64,000 nucleotides of DNA from contig MU053487.1 in the NCBI GenBank assembly GCA_013239625.1, forward strand, positions 2,439,058 through 2,503,057, given 5' to 3'. The translations under genes and the position numbers were made by a program. The DNA comes from Lama guanicoe (Eukaryota). The notes under the pieces are model-generated. The model had not been told where the DNA came from. It saw only the letters and a list, made by a program, of their open reading frames with translations, and made no database searches. Positions 22,955 to 36,439 of the stretch are shown here, in pieces (position 1 is the stretch's first letter; the number at the start of each line of letters is the position of its first letter).

Positions 22955-23535
22955 AAAAAAAATTAAACACAGAATCATCACTTGATCCAGTAACTCCACT
23001 TTGGGTACATACAGAAGAGCTGAAAGTAGGCTCAAACAGACATCTATGCACTTACGTTCACAGCAGCACTATTCACAACAGACAAAAGGTAGAAACAGCC
23101 CAAATGTCCATCAGCAGAAGAATGGATTAACAAAATGTGTTACGTACAGACAATGGAACATTATGCAGCCTTCAAAAGGTAGGAACTGTTGACACATGCT
23201 ACAACATGGATAAATCTTGAAGACACTGTTAAGTGAAATAAGCCAGACACAAAAGGACAAATGTTGTATTCTGCTTATTCAAGTACCTAGAACAGTCAAA
23301 TAGCATGGGGACAGAAAGTACAACTGGTATCCAAGGGCTAGGGGAACGAGGAAACGGAGAATTATTACATCATGGGTACAGAGTTTCAGTAAGGATGATG
23401 CAAAAGTTCTGAAAATGGATAGTGGTGATGACTGCACAGTAATCTAAATGTACTTAATGCCACTGAAATTTATACTTAAAGATGATTAAAACAGTAAGTT
23501 TTATGTTGTTTACTTTACCACACACACAAAAAAAG
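22955..23535 (+). mobile_element. L1MA/MB-type ORF2 end and 3'UTR
   Basis: gatccagtaactccactttggg...cagcagcactattcacaa...aagtgaaataagccagacacaaaaggacaaat...gtacttaatgccactgaa. Confidence 0.9.
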
Positions 23536-24185
23536 TTCATTTAAAAGCTGGTATATGACATGAATGAAATCAGAAGTATTCAGGAGCCTAAATCATTTAA
23601 GTATTTGTATGGTCTTCGGGCTGATATGACACAAACTTTTAAATAAAGTTTACAGGAAAATTTAGGAACTGGAAATTCAGGTTTGTAAATTACCTGTGAA
23701 ATCCAGTAGGTACTGGACCAGGTTTCTAAACATTATTCTGATCATGATGCTTTCAAATATTAGGCATGTAAAGGCTGATTAAAGGAAATAATATGTAATT
23801 GGATAGATATAGAAATGTATTCTTAGAGCAGTGAAAATGATAACACAAAAAATAAAAGATATATTTAGATAGGTTAAAATTCATTTCTCATTAAGTGCTT
23901 GGGGCAAATGGAAAAATAAAATGAAAGCAAAAGTCAGAGGCTTTGATCACCCCTGGAACAAATATTTTAGATCGTGTTAAATCATAAACCTTCTAAATTT
24001 GTTGAATGTTCACTTTATGACTCAGCTGGTAACTAGGAACCATACAATGAAAAGAGGAGAACTAAACACGTACTATGTGAGCACTTCTACATTAGGGAAT
24101 GTTCCTCTACCATCATAATTTTGTATTACACTGTTTTGGAATTTAAGAAAACAAAAATATGTGAGATGCAATAAAAAGATAAATA

Positions 24186-24390
24186 CAGCTGACCCTTGAA
24201 CATCATGAGTTTGAACTGTTTGTTCTGAATCTTATACACAGATTTTTTTCAATGCTAAATACAACAATACTATATTATCCACAGATCAGAGGAATCACAA
24301 ATATGAAGGGCCAACAATAAGGTACAGGCAGATTCTTGACTGCAGAGAGGGTAGGCACCCCTAACCCCCACATTGTTCAAGAGTCAAACG
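24186..24390. mobile_element. Tigger2-like (TcMar) non-autonomous MITE
   Basis: TIRs CAGCTGACCCTTGAACA / TGTTCAAGAGTCAAACG, with TA on both sides. Confidence 0.85.
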
Positions 24391-25142
24391 TAACTCCATT
24401 TTAGAATGGGCAAAGGATTTGAATACACATTTCTCTAAAGAAGATACACAAATGGCCAATTAGCACACAAAAAGATGCTCAACATTATTGGTCATTAGAG
24501 AAATGCAAACCAAAATCACATTGAGATATCATTTCATACCTATTAGGATGGCTATAATTTTTTTTAAAAATTAACGTAAAATGACTAGCATTGGCAAGGA
24601 TGTGGAAAAGTCAGAACACATTTCTGGTGGAGATGTAAAATGGTGCACCTGCTACCGAAAACAGTTTAGCAGTTCCTCAAAACATTAAACACAGTCATAA
24701 GACCATCTCGAGTTATGTACCTAAGGGAAATGAAAACATATGTTCACACAAAAATCTGTACATAAATTTTTGTAGCAGCATTATTCATAATAGCCCCCAA
24801 AATGGAAACCACCCAAATGTTCATCAACTGATGAATAGATAAACAAAATGGTTATCATCCACAGAATGAAATATTATTCAGCCATAAAAAGGAACGGAGT
24901 ACTGAGATAGGTTACAACATGGGTGAGCCCTAAAAACACTATGATAAGTGAAAGAAGCCAGACACAAAAGGCCACAAATTACATGGGTTTCATTTATATG
25001 TCCAGAATAGGCAAATCCAGAGACAGAGAGTAGATTATTGACTGCCATGGGCTGGAGCAAGGGGGAGAAAGATAGTGACTGATAACAGGATGGAATTTCT
25101 TTTTGTGCTGATGAAACGTTCTGCAATTAAAAAGTGGCAATG

Positions 25143-25288
25143 AGGGGGGAGGGTGTGGCTCAAGTGGTAGGCTGCAAGTCTAGTATGCCTGAGGTCCTGG
25201 GTTCAATCCCCAACACCTCCACTGAAAAATCAAATAAATAAATGAACCTAATTACCACCTCCCCCAACAACAAGAAAAAATTTTTTTG
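25143..25288 (+). mobile_element. tRNA-derived SINE (camelid vic-1-like)
   Basis: ggggagggtgtggctcaagtggtag...gaggtcctgggttcaatcccc...aacctaattacc; TSD aagtggcaatg at 25132-25142 and 25289-25299. Confidence 0.92.
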
Positions 25289-25869
25289 AAGTGGCAATGG
25301 CTGCATATCCTTCTGAATATACTAAACACCATTAAAACTATGCTTTAAAATTGTAAATATTATGCTATTTGAATTGTATCTCAATTAAATTTTTTTAAAT
25401 AAATAAGACAGTGCATAAAAAAATATAATGCCTAAGTTAAATAAATAGTAAAATATGTAAAATTCCAACACAAAAATTTCAGTATATAAAATGGGAGAAA
25501 GGGAATCTCTTGCTGTAGTAAGTTTAGAAAATGCCAGGTTAAAAATTTTTTAATCAGATCTTAATACACATTACGAATCCCCAAGAAAATGATAAAATAC
25601 AAAAGCATTTCTCACACTTACCTGACCACATTATTAAATAAAGCCTAAGTAATTCTTCAAGGATCATGCTCCAGGGAACACATCTGGGAAATAATGATTA
25701 ATCTTATGGTAGTATATCAGGACCCAATTCAAACTGTACTAATTCTGTTAAGGGGTGACTTATCTTTGCTTCTAATATTTATAAAATTAAACTCTGCTTT
25801 GAGAATAATCCCCATACAATCAAAACTCAAACTTTCAAGATGGCAGGAAAGAGGAGAACTGACACTAAT

Positions 25870-26060
25870 ATTACTGCCATCATTTGAGCACTTAGCAAAT
25901 CTAGGTGCTTATTTTCCTTTAATCCACAAAGTAACCCCCTGAAGTATAAAAAGATTAAGTAACTTGCCTAAAATTAAGTAACTGGCCAGCAAGTACTGGA
26001 ACTGATATCCACAGCCTAAGAATCTGATTTCAGTTAATGCTCTTAACTATGTTGCCACAA
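25870..26060 (-). mobile_element. MIR relic
   Basis: catttgagcactta...agattaagtaacttgccta...gctcttaactatg. Confidence 0.6.
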
Positions 26061-27089
26061 CTTATACCTTTATATCCCAAGTACAAGAACCATATCCTTA
26101 GACAAATAATCAGTTTACTTTGGATGAATTAGCCTATGATTTTCAATTTAACATAGATGCTCTCTTTTCTATGAAACTGTACCATTCTGGCTCTCTTATT
26201 TCTTTGACCACAACTTCACCCCAAATGTAGTTAATCTTCTCCTTTTGCTATACACAGCCTTCCCTCTCATTTTCACTCCATATTTTGAACTATCAGCCAA
26301 TGAGAATGACTCAAATCTAGCGTCTCAAGCTCTAACCAAAATCAAAGCCTACATTTCTAAATGTCTAGTGGATCCTTTGTAATACATTAAGAGTGAATAA
26401 AAGCAACCTCATCTTCCCCCAGTGAATACACTTTGCTTCCCTATTTTTCAATCTTCAGAAATAGAATCCTTGTCATATTTGTTGAAAACTCAAAGTCTCA
26501 GGGACTTCTACTTCCTAACCAAACCTTCTCTACAATCCCCTTTAAATTCAACCTTTAATTTCCATTCTAACAGACTCCCCCTCTTCCAAGCATGAGCCTG
26601 GAATACTTTGTGTTCTAATTCTAACTTCACTTTCTTCCTCCTCCCATCCATGCTATTCTGTATTACACACTGTTGAATTAATCTGCCTGAAACACCAAGG
26701 AACAAACAATTGGCCATAATACATTTTATGATGTCCAATACCCAAAAACATCCTTACACTTTCATAATTTTAAATTTGGGTTCTGTTACTGCTTAAGTCA
26801 AATAAACACAGAAGAATGGGCTAAAATAAACTCACTGTGGCCCCCAGTGGCACTGCAAATCAAAAACTTAACTAAGGCCAATCCTATTATAAGTATCTGT
26901 CCAGTGGGTATACAAGTAAAGCAGGATCTATCTGATCCCATGGACAGTAACCCACCGTCTCCTTGGAATATATAATCCACACATTAAATTTCATTTGGAA
27001 CTATTATTTGGAGGGAAAAAAGTTATATTCACTTAAAAAAACAGCAGGATTCCCTCTATTGGTTTGTTCTTCTCATCATACGTAGGTTC

Positions 27090-28220
27090 AAAGTCTCTTT
27101 CATCTTTAAAAAATAAGCAAACAAAAAAAAGTCCCATCCTGTTTCAATTCTGCCTCATCTTCTCTTTACAGCCAACTTTCCTCACACCTCCCTCCTCACT
27201 CCCTCTCTCTTCAAATGACTGCATTCTGGATTCTGTCCAACCATTTCGCTGAATTGCTCACGCCAGTCACTAATGACCTCTAACTACCAAACCCAACAGA
27301 ACTTTTCTGTTCTTATCTCAGTTGTCCTTTCTGGGATTCCAACATCACTGCCACTCAATTCCTTCTTATAACTCTCCTCTCTTGGCTTTCCTGCAATACT
27401 AGTCTCTCCTGGTTTTCCTCTTGACTCCCTGACCTCTCTTCCTCAGAATCCTTCATGGGCTCATTTTTCTCTGCCAGCTCCTTAATTTTTAACATAGTCA
27501 AAGCTTCCAGGCTTCATCTCACTCTTTTCACTCAATGTTCTTTCCCTGGGTGATAGCGATAGTCTGCAAATCTTTGCATCCAACCCAGACTTTTCTCTCA
27601 CGGTCCTGACCTAACTGGCTATTAAGACACTGAGGCTGTCCCGCTGGAACCTCAGACTCAGTATATCACAAACTAACTTTATAAGCTTTCCCTTAAAGTT
27701 CATCTTCCTCTTTACATTCCTCATCAGCTGTCTCATTACCTAAAAACTGAAATGAAGGGTCATTGTAAGTTTCTTCTTTCTTTTTTATCCTCCTTCCACA
27801 TCCAGTCACTAAATCTCAACTAACTAGCTCTGTCAATTCTGTCTCTGTGCTATTTCTTCAACCCAAACTTTCTTCTCCATTCCCACTATCACTGCCTTAA
27901 TTCAGACTCTCATCACCTCTCACCAAGATAACAACAAAATTTTTTGACTAGTCCTCTCCCTACCAGTCATTCTTCACACAGTGGCTAAAGCGATTATATC
28001 ACAATTCAAATCTGAAAAGGGTTTTACCCTTCAGTTGTTCCCCAACAGCTGCCAAAATCAAATTTAAACTCCTCAGCACATAAATCCCTTCCTGACCGGC
28101 CCCTATGGTCTCTCCACCATCATCTTCTCCCATCCCCACAGCTTCTCTCCAGCCAAACTGAGCTAGTTTTCTGGCAGTTTGCCACATGTTCTTAATTGTT
28201 CCATACCCCTGTGCCTGAGA
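27090..28220 (+). mobile_element. L2 fragment
   Basis: gtcactaatgacctc...cttggctttcc...ctctcctggttttcctc...aaatctttgcatccaacccagac...aaaatcaaatttaaactcctcagca. Confidence 0.8.
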
Positions 28221-29409
28221 ACACAAAGTGATATACAAAAACCCATAAAGCAATACTGTTTATGGTGAAATGTATTAGAACTTTTAAAACATGAACAGGA
28301 AGGATATCTCGTGATTTTATTACAGTGGTTCCCTATTGGAGATGGGAAAAGGGGAAATATGCCTAGGGGGTAAAATAAAGGGACCTAAACTTGGTTTATA
28401 AGGTCTTCTCCCTTCTTTCTTATTTTTTTAGAAAAGATCTGAAACAATTGTCTCAAAATGTTAGCATCAGTTAATGTAGATTCATGGGTACTTACGGTAT
28501 GATCAAAACTTTTCTGCATTTAGTATTTTTCAAAAAGAACAGTACATGAAAAGGCACACTCAAATACCTTTAAAAGAAGGGACACCTCTAGATTTTAAAT
28601 TTTTATCCTACTGTGATCATGTAAGTTTTGAAGGCAAATTAAAATTTCATGATTTGACAAAAATGAACCAAACTGAGCCAAATATGGAACTGCCAGCCTA
28701 CATGTATATCCAAAATATAAAACCCATGCAACTGGCATAAGAAAGAAAAATAAGGTGTACTCTGGATCTTTACAGATCATGCTTGAATTTTAAGAAATCT
28801 GAAATACAAGATTTTAGGAAAGTGAAACATTCAAGGAAAATGACTAATTCAGGTAGCTAAGACTCAGAGTTTACTGTGTTTAATTTTGTTTATTCTTCTA
28901 TGACACTCACGCCAACTGAAACTGAGTACTGAAAGACAAATTAAGAGACATAATATTTATTGTGTTGCTATGGTTTCCAAATTAACAAATAAAAACCACT
29001 ACTTAATTTCCCAGCAACTTCCCCCTAGTAGAAAACCAAAGGTACCATTTTTCTCAATTAGGTCTTACAACATAATTACGTTTAACAATTTTTAAAGTTT
29101 TTGGTGGTTGAAAACTAACTATATAAATTTTTCTGAGTATAAAAACAAATATGTATTAGATAAAATCTAGGGATTTTAACCCATTTTCTTCTGATGTCAA
29201 ACAACTATACCTTCCTCTTATTCAAAGATTTTTTTTGATAGCAAAATATTATTTTGGAATGAGAAGAAATTTAAGATTATAGACTTTATTACTAAAGTTT
29301 GAATACAACCTAATAAATAAAATAGCAAAGGAAAACTGAAACTTTGGCTCAGCAATGATATATCTAACCAAAGGGGAAAATGTGATTCATAGTTCTAATA
29401 GAAATAGTT

Positions 29410-29440
29410 TGTGTGTGTGTGTGTATGTGTGTTTGTGTGG
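29410..29440. repeat. (GT)n microsatellite
   Basis: Imperfect GT repeat. Confidence 0.85.
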
Positions 29441-31008
29441 AGGTGGGTAGTGGGTTTTAACTAGTAACATCTTTAGAATTAGGATAATGATATTATGCTG
29501 TTTGAATTTCTTCCTCCAAATTCCTGTAAGTTATAGGAATGGTGAAGATCTTGACAGTAAACTTTACACCAAATATTTTTTAGTCACAGAGACACAAAAC
29601 TAAGTCTTAGGGCTCAATAATCCTCCCTTAATTCTCGTTAGAGGGACAAATCAAGGAACAGTGTGATACTGACAGTAATGCTGGCCAGCACAGAGTTAGG
29701 GCTCTGGACTGTGAGGAGTAGGGGCTGCCCCAACCACATCTCTCACCCTCCTTTGCCTTAGTTCCAGTGGGTAAATAGGGAAAAAAAAATGGAGAGGTCT
29801 GCACCCAAAGGGAATTGGCTGCATTCATGCACTAATGCCCCTGGAAAGAGTCCTAAATAACTAAAAAACGACCACTTAGATTTGCTCTTTCACAGAATTT
29901 GTCTAATAAAAACAGTAAGCACAAAGGGGGAGAATTTTAAAAAAAATTTTAACTAGATAGAAATGGAAAGAAAAATGTTTTTCATAACTCTGAAAAATTA
30001 ACTCACATTTCAAAATCTTTTAAACATTTTTGTGTACCACCACAGAGAACACTTAAAGATATTTTAAATACGAGTAATTTTTTGTCTCCTGTGGAGTTAA
30101 CTTTCCAGACAAATCCAATCATAACATAACAATCTGAACCAAACACAAAAGGATGATCGAAAAAGTGTCAAAACTAAGCAAGACTCAAGTCATGACCTCG
30201 AAATCCTGGAGCTCTTTAGGGTTCAGACTGAAGAGTGATTATCCGTAACTCTACACTTTCTTCCTAGACAATCTCATCCACAACTCACGATTTCAGTTAC
30301 CTTCTCTATATGCTCACTAGTCTGAAATGTGTATCAGCCCAGACCTCTCCTTCGGGCTCTTCATCCAAATCCCCAAACTGCTTCTTCAAAATCTCTACTT
30401 AGCTGCCTCACAGGCACCTTAAATGCAATACATACTAACACAAATTCCCTCTCCAAATCTCCTTCTCACCCTAATGTTGTCTACCATCCACCCAGATGCA
30501 CAACCCAAAACTTCCCCTCTCTGCTCCCCAACCACTGCTGCTTACTGAGCATCGCCTACGTACTTTGCCGTTCCAGCCACTCTCACTATGCCTACTAGAG
30601 CACTCTAGACCAGGCCACCAGTGCCCTGCAAGTCTCACAACTCATCTCCCCACGTCCACTAATGTCTCTTTCTGATATAATCTCCAACCTGCAGTAAAGT
30701 CATCCTTTAAGGCACAAATCTGATCATGTCCTACGCCTACACAAAACCCTTCAATGATATTTTGGCTATCATGATACTTTCATTTTTTTCTTTTGCTACC
30801 ACTGAGTTCTCTGTGTGATGTAGGATACTTCTATTTCAAAAATGAAGGAAAATGGCCAGTAGGGTCTTAATACTGTAAAATATTAAATAAATTATATATA
30901 TAAATTGTATTACCCTCATATTGTAAAATATTCACCTATTTTGTTAAAAAAAAAAAAAAGCTTCAGTGTTTTCCCATTGCTTTTAGGACACAGACCAAAA
31001 TTCTATAT

Positions 31009-31223
31009 CAGGGTTCTCAACCTTGGCCCTACTGACATTTGGACCAGATAATTCTTTGTTGTACAGGGCTGTCCTGTGCACTGCAGGATTTTTAGCAACA
31101 TCTCTGACCTCTACCCACAAATGCCAGTAGCACAGCCCTCCCCCAGTTGTGAGAGGCAAAAATATCTTCATACATTGCCAAGCGTCCCTGTAGGACAAAA
31201 TCACCCTCAATTAAGAACCACTG
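31009..31223 (+). mobile_element. MER20 (hAT-Charlie MITE), full length
   Basis: cagggttctcaaccttggc...gataattctttgttg...ggctgtcctgtgcactgcagga...aaaatcaccctcaattaagaaccactg. Confidence 0.92.
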
Positions 31224-31299
31224 GCCTATAAGATCTGGCTCCTGCCTAACTCTCTGGCTACTCTCATCCTTGCTGTCTATGTTAGAGTTAGCAGTGACA

Positions 31300-31530
31300 T
31301 TATGCGAGGCACAACATTTAAGAATGTGGGAGTCTAAGTGCAAATTTCAGCCCTGCCGCTTGGCTATGTGACTTTGCACAAGCTACTTCACTTCTCCATG
31401 CCTTGGATTCATCGTGGATAAAATGAGAACGGCAGACCACCCCAGAGTTATTAAGAGGATTCAATTCATTTAAAGAACTTAGAACAGCGCCTGGTACACA
31501 GTAGGAGCTCAGCAAATGTTAGCTGTTGCT
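31300..31530 (+). mobile_element. MIR
   Basis: ctatgtgactttgcacaagctacttcacttctc...cttagaacagcgcctggtacacagtaggagctcagcaaatgttagc. Confidence 0.85.
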
Positions 31531-32469
31531 GCTGTTCTTCCTCGAATTCTCCACACTCTCTCACCTCAGGAGCTTGTCACACATTCTTCCCTGTGACTGT
31601 TAAGTTCTTCCTCTTATTTGAAAACTCTCTCCCTTCAATAATTTCACTCCTTCTTCAAAACTCAACTGAAAGGGCGCTTCCTCAGGGAAGCCTTCTCAGA
31701 GCTCCAAACATGTCAAGTCCCCCTGTCAGACACTCTAACAAAATCATTTCCTGTTCACTCAAAGCACTCAACACAGTTGTAAATAAATATATTATTTCCT
31801 CAATTCTAAGAATGCTACTGATTGTGACATACACTGAAAATCACAGCTTTCAAGACAGAAAAAAAATTACCATGTTAAACACAGACATTAATTTTGAAGG
31901 AAAAAAGAAGCTGAAAAATCAAAGAACTAGTCCATTATGTAATTATTTTTTAGCATCAGTTTCTCCCTCTAGAATCTAAGCTCCAAAAAGGGAAATGACC
32001 ACGTTAGATCTGTCCATTCCATGTCCTCCGTACCTAACACAGCACCTACAGAGAGCAGATGCTCAATAAACATTTACTCAATGAATGACATTCAAAATTC
32101 ACGTTTTAAAAAAACTTTACTCTTAAATGAAAGATAGTTTTAAGACCCATAATTATTGTTTATTATGGCAATTCTTTGCATTTTTAAAAACTGCTACCCT
32201 TGCTAGAAGTTTTTTATATTTAATTTGCCATGGCCTAAAAATGAATAAATTACTCAAATAAAACAGCAAAATAACTATGAGAAGACAATTAGCTCTATGA
32301 AGCTAATATGATTATTATTCCATAAAACAATACAACTGGACAGTATCTTCTAAACTAAGCACAATTCTTCTCTTTGTATCCTTCTTCTCAGGCTGCTAAT
32401 CCATAATCAAAACCACAAACTTCTGGTTCTCACTACTAGATGCCAGAAATCTACCTCTTCAGGCAACAA

Positions 32470-32930
32470 AATAATAAAATCCAACCAAGTGTCCATCCAT
32501 AGATACACAGATAAACAAAATGTCATAAACATATACAACAGAATATCATTCAGCCATTTTAAAAAAAGGAAAATTAAGTTATTTAAAAGGAGAAAAAAAG
32601 GAATGACGTTCTGATACATGCTACAACATGGATGAATCTCAAAAACTTTATGCTAAGTGAAAAAAGGCAGACACAAAAGGACAAATATTGTACAATTCCA
32701 GTTATATGAAATATCTAGAATTAGACAAATTCATTGAGACATAAAGTAGGTCAGAGGTTATCAGGAGCAAGAAGAGGGAGCAATGGAGTTATTTCTTCAT
32801 GGTTACAGAATTTCTGTCTAGGGGTGATGAAAAGGTTTTTGAAATAGAATGTGGTGATGGTTGCACAACATTGTTAATGTAATTAATGCCAATGAATTGT
32901 AGACTTTAAAATGGTTAAAATGGCAAGTTT
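32470..32930 (+). mobile_element. L1MA/MB-type 3'UTR
   Basis: caaccaagtgtccatc...catgctacaacatggatgaatctc...gtggtgatggttgcacaacattg. Confidence 0.88.
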
Positions 32931-33119
32931 CGGAAGTACTGGTGACCTCCTCCAATACCTGCTCTTATGAGCTCTTCTGAAAGCTGTGACAGACATGTTC
33001 CCCCAGCATAGCAGCAACATGCCTATTACAGCCATGACAGGACTTCTACACCATCCGCATTTGTGCCTTCACAGAGCAGTCTCCAAACATTTCAAAATCT
33101 TTTAAAACTGCAAATAGAT

Positions 33120-33260
33120 TTTACAAGATAAAAAGAGTTCTGGAGATGGACGGTGATAATGGTTGCACAATGTAAATGTACTTAAGCCCACAGAACTGTA
33201 CACTTAAAAATGACTGAGATGGTAAATTTTGTTATGTGTATCTTACGACAATTTTTAAAA
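33120..33260 (+). mobile_element. Second L1M 3' terminus
   Basis: gagttctggagatggacggtgataatggttgcacaa...actgtacacttaaaaatg. Confidence 0.82.
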
Positions 33261-34074
33261 TGCACTCAGTTCCATGTTATCCAGCTTACAGAATATACTG
33301 ATGTCTTTAGTTTCTTTTCCTCCTCATTCCCTCTGGTTGCCTGCTTTAGGACCAACTGAGAAGGATGGAAATCTGAACAGACAGCATGAGGAAAATGAGC
33401 TTATTTTTCATTATTTACGGCATGCCCTGCCTACCTCAAAAAACAATTTGAAGTGAGGAAAAATAAACTCTTAAGATTTAACTTAAAAAAACAAGATAAA
33501 GCTATTTGTCCTTTTTAATTGTTATGGGGGTTCTGTGAGTTTTTATTTGTTCCTAACTTAAGGCAATTTGTGTGTGTGTGTGTGAAAGGGATGATCCTAT
33601 CAGAGAAAATAAGTATTAGAGACTATCTGTGAATGTTGAACATCTAATGTATAAATGGACCATTAAGAACTGACTATGAAACTTTACGACAAAGAGAAAA
33701 AAATCACAAAGAATACATAAAAGAATTACTAAATCTATTTCCTCTAAAGTTTTACAACTACTGTAACACATATTAGGCACTTATTCTGCAAATAAAGTCT
33801 GAATCTTTAGTAAACACTAGCCCTTTCATGTTCCATGAGCCTTTTGACCAGGCTATTAAAGTTGGAATACTCATTCAGAGTTTTGAAGATACAAATAAAA
33901 ACCAGGTATTTGGCCTTTTAAAACCTTTTATAATAATAACTTTAATTATTGTAACTTGTAATATAATAACTGGATTAAACTCAATTATTTCACAGCAAAA
34001 TAATAATGTACACAGAGGAAAACAACCTGTAAGTATAAAAAAACTGACCATCCACAGGATCTTCTGTGTACCCT

Positions 34075-34285
34075 GGTTCCTGGTTCTCATGGTTGGCCAT
34101 CAAAATGCTCAAGGAAGGAGTGTGTAGTGAGTGTGTGTGTGTGTGTGTGTGTCTTTAAATACAGTTTTCTGAGCTCAATCCCATTGATTCAGATTTAGCA
34201 AGTATAGTGTAAGGCCTGGGAATCCATACATTGAAAAAGCAACCTGGGAGATTCTGATGATCCACCATGTTTTAGGACACTTCTG
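34075..34285. mobile_element. MER5-like hAT MITE containing a (TG)n microsatellite (34130-34152)
   Basis: ggcctgggaatcc...gcaacctgggagattctgatg. Confidence 0.6.
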
Positions 34286-34349
34286 TTAATAAATATCTTT
34301 TAACAAAAAGAGAATATTTTACTTCGATTCTCACTTTCTATTTCAACTT

Positions 34350-34570
34350 ATTAATAAGCAACAAAATAGCCTACTATAAGCCTAACACTATGCTCAAGTT
34401 TACATGCATTATTTCCTTTAACTGTCACAACAGCCTTAAGATATAGAAAGACAGTATTATTCCCATTTTACAGGTTAGGAAATTGAAGTCCATTAGTTTC
34501 TTAACAAAATTACTCAACCAGCAACTAGCAAAGCCAGAATTCAAAGCCACACTTAAAACTTTCCAAAGCC
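34350..34570 (-). mobile_element. MIR
   Basis: attattcccattttacaggttaggaaattgaag...aaagccagaattcaaa. Confidence 0.75.
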
Positions 34571-34589
34571 CTGCTCTTCTGGAAGTAGG

Positions 34590-34815
34590 ATGAAACAGAA
34601 GAATGAACAACGGCTTTAAATTCAAATTTAAATTCTGAATTGAGTTCCAGTTCTGATATCTTTTAGACATTAATCTCTCAACTTCATCTGTTTCCTCATC
34701 TGTAAATAAGGCTGATAACAATAACTTTCCTACCTAACTCATAAGGTTATTATGAGAATCTAGATATGAAGAAGTGCTTTCAAAATCATTAAATGCTATA
34801 GAAATACAAACTATT
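34590..34815 (+). mobile_element. MIR
   Basis: tgtttcctcatctgtaaataag...cataaggttattatgagaat. Confidence 0.72.
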
Positions 34816-34844
34816 AATGGAGGAGTTGAGAAGACTGAGAATCA

Positions 34845-35075
34845 CTATAGCATAGTGAGACCTTGGAGTCAGACTTCATATGTTTGACTCTTCTGCTATT
34901 ACTGGCTGTGTGACCTTAGGGAAGTTACTTAACTTTTCTGCACAGTGATTTCTTCATCTGTAAAATGGAGATAATAATAGAACCAATTTCAGAATTTTGT
35001 GAAGATTAAATGAATTAATTCATTTTAAATGCTTAGACTAGTATTCGTTACATAGTAAGCACTCGAAGTGTTGGA
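34845..35075 (+). mobile_element. MIR
   Basis: ttggagtcagac...ctgtgtgaccttagggaagttacttaac...catctgtaaaatggagataataatag...catagtaagcactc. Confidence 0.88.
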
Positions 35076-36349
35076 TTCTAGAATGCTACTCAATTTTGTA
35101 AATGAAACATCATATTCAAAAAAAAGCAGTTCAAATATTTAGTGACAGCATAAAAAGAGCCTAAAATATATTGGCATTTTCTCTCCTTACAGAAATCTGG
35201 GTAAATCACTCCAGTTTTGGAAGTAAACATTTTGAGTAGTTTCAATTTTCAACTAAAACTATGTGGCTTTGAAAATACTTCATTCCTATAAATACTTAAG
35301 ATCACTGTAAAGTGTTACCCACTACTTCACTTTTAAATATCTTTTAGCTTTTTATCCAAAAATATCTCACTGATTTTTAAATATAATTTTGTTAAAGTAT
35401 TATCACAATTTTGTCATCAGTTTTTAGATAACTTTCCTTTGCTTCAAATATCCTCCTACAGAATCTGACTTCTAATTCAAAAGTTGAGTAGCTTACAAAA
35501 GGAAAAACGTAACAATGAGCTGGTCCAAAAAAAGACTGTGTAATATGTCAAAAGGAAACAGCACTAGTGCTAAATGAGTTATTTACTAAGAATAACAAAG
35601 AGGAAATGAGGGAATAATTCTCACCCAAAGAATATAATTTTAAAACACTCTGAACAATTCTTGTACCAGGTTTATGGTCAGATCTGCAGTTGCCGACAGA
35701 GTTAGAATCTGAAACAAAGTTGGCACCTAAGAAACCACAGCTGGGAGTTATGTTAAATCTCCAATATGTAACAGGAAATGTTGCCAGAGATTCAACAGGT
35801 GACCCCTCTTTCCTTTTTTCCAAGTTGTCAACAAACCAAAACAAAAATGCTCCAGAAGCTCTAATACTAGCTAAAACTTAAACATAAAAATTCCATTGCA
35901 GTATTTCAAAAACAGCTAAGACACTGAATCTGAGCAGACACCAAAGTATTGTTTCTGTCAACATTCATACAGTGCTTCCTGAAATATTTTAACTGTATAG
36001 CCCAATGTGCCCTTCTATAATACAGTTATCATATCTTCAACATTCTCATTACCTTAAGTTTCAATAATGAAGACTAATTATAAATTTCAATACATTAGGA
36101 CAAATTTCCTGGAAGTCAACTAATCTACAAAAAATTAAAAATAAATTTTAGATAAGTTGAATAAAGAGATGATAACTGTATTTTATTCTAATACAGAATT
36201 TTAGAGGCCATCTAGTAAGCATTCTGAAACCAGCTCAATGAATGAATGTCTATTTTATATATATATATGTATCTCCCCTTCCCTCCCCAGCATTTTCACA
36301 GCATTCTCATCTGTACAACTCAGTGTTGAAAGGGGCTTTCCAGACATAC

Positions 36350-36439
36350 CTCTCTGGCAATGCTACTCAAAGCTTCATCTTCTGCAGAAAATCGGTCTTT
36401 CACAGGTGTTCTTTTCCTTCCAGAACCAGGAGTCCCCAT
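36350..36439 (-). CDS. LRRFIP2: LRRFIP2 exon 2 coding part, [30 protein letters not shown] (whole exon 36350-36493)
   Basis: Acceptor tttcttttttatttcag; in-frame TAA 12 nt upstream of the ATG; Kozak AAGATGG; donor GAG|gtatgt; 90 coding nt. Confidence 0.97.

Larger units (their letters stand above)
24165..25400 (+). mobile_element. L1M ORF2 end/3'UTR hosting a Tigger MITE and a SINE
   Basis: aatgggcaaaggatttgaatacacatttctctaaagaagatacacaaatggccaa...gaattgtatctcaattaaa. Confidence 0.9.
30240..32088 (+). mobile_element. L2 3' portion, interrupted by MER20 and MIR
   Basis: cagcccagacctctcc...aaatctgatcatgtc...ttcctcagggaagccttc...gctcaataaacatttactcaatgaatga (L2 terminus). Confidence 0.78.

Noticed and set aside
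34350..35075. Three adjacent MIRs, the first inverted, as a dsRNA hairpin
   Set aside because: The copies are too diverged for stable pairing; MIR clusters are common.
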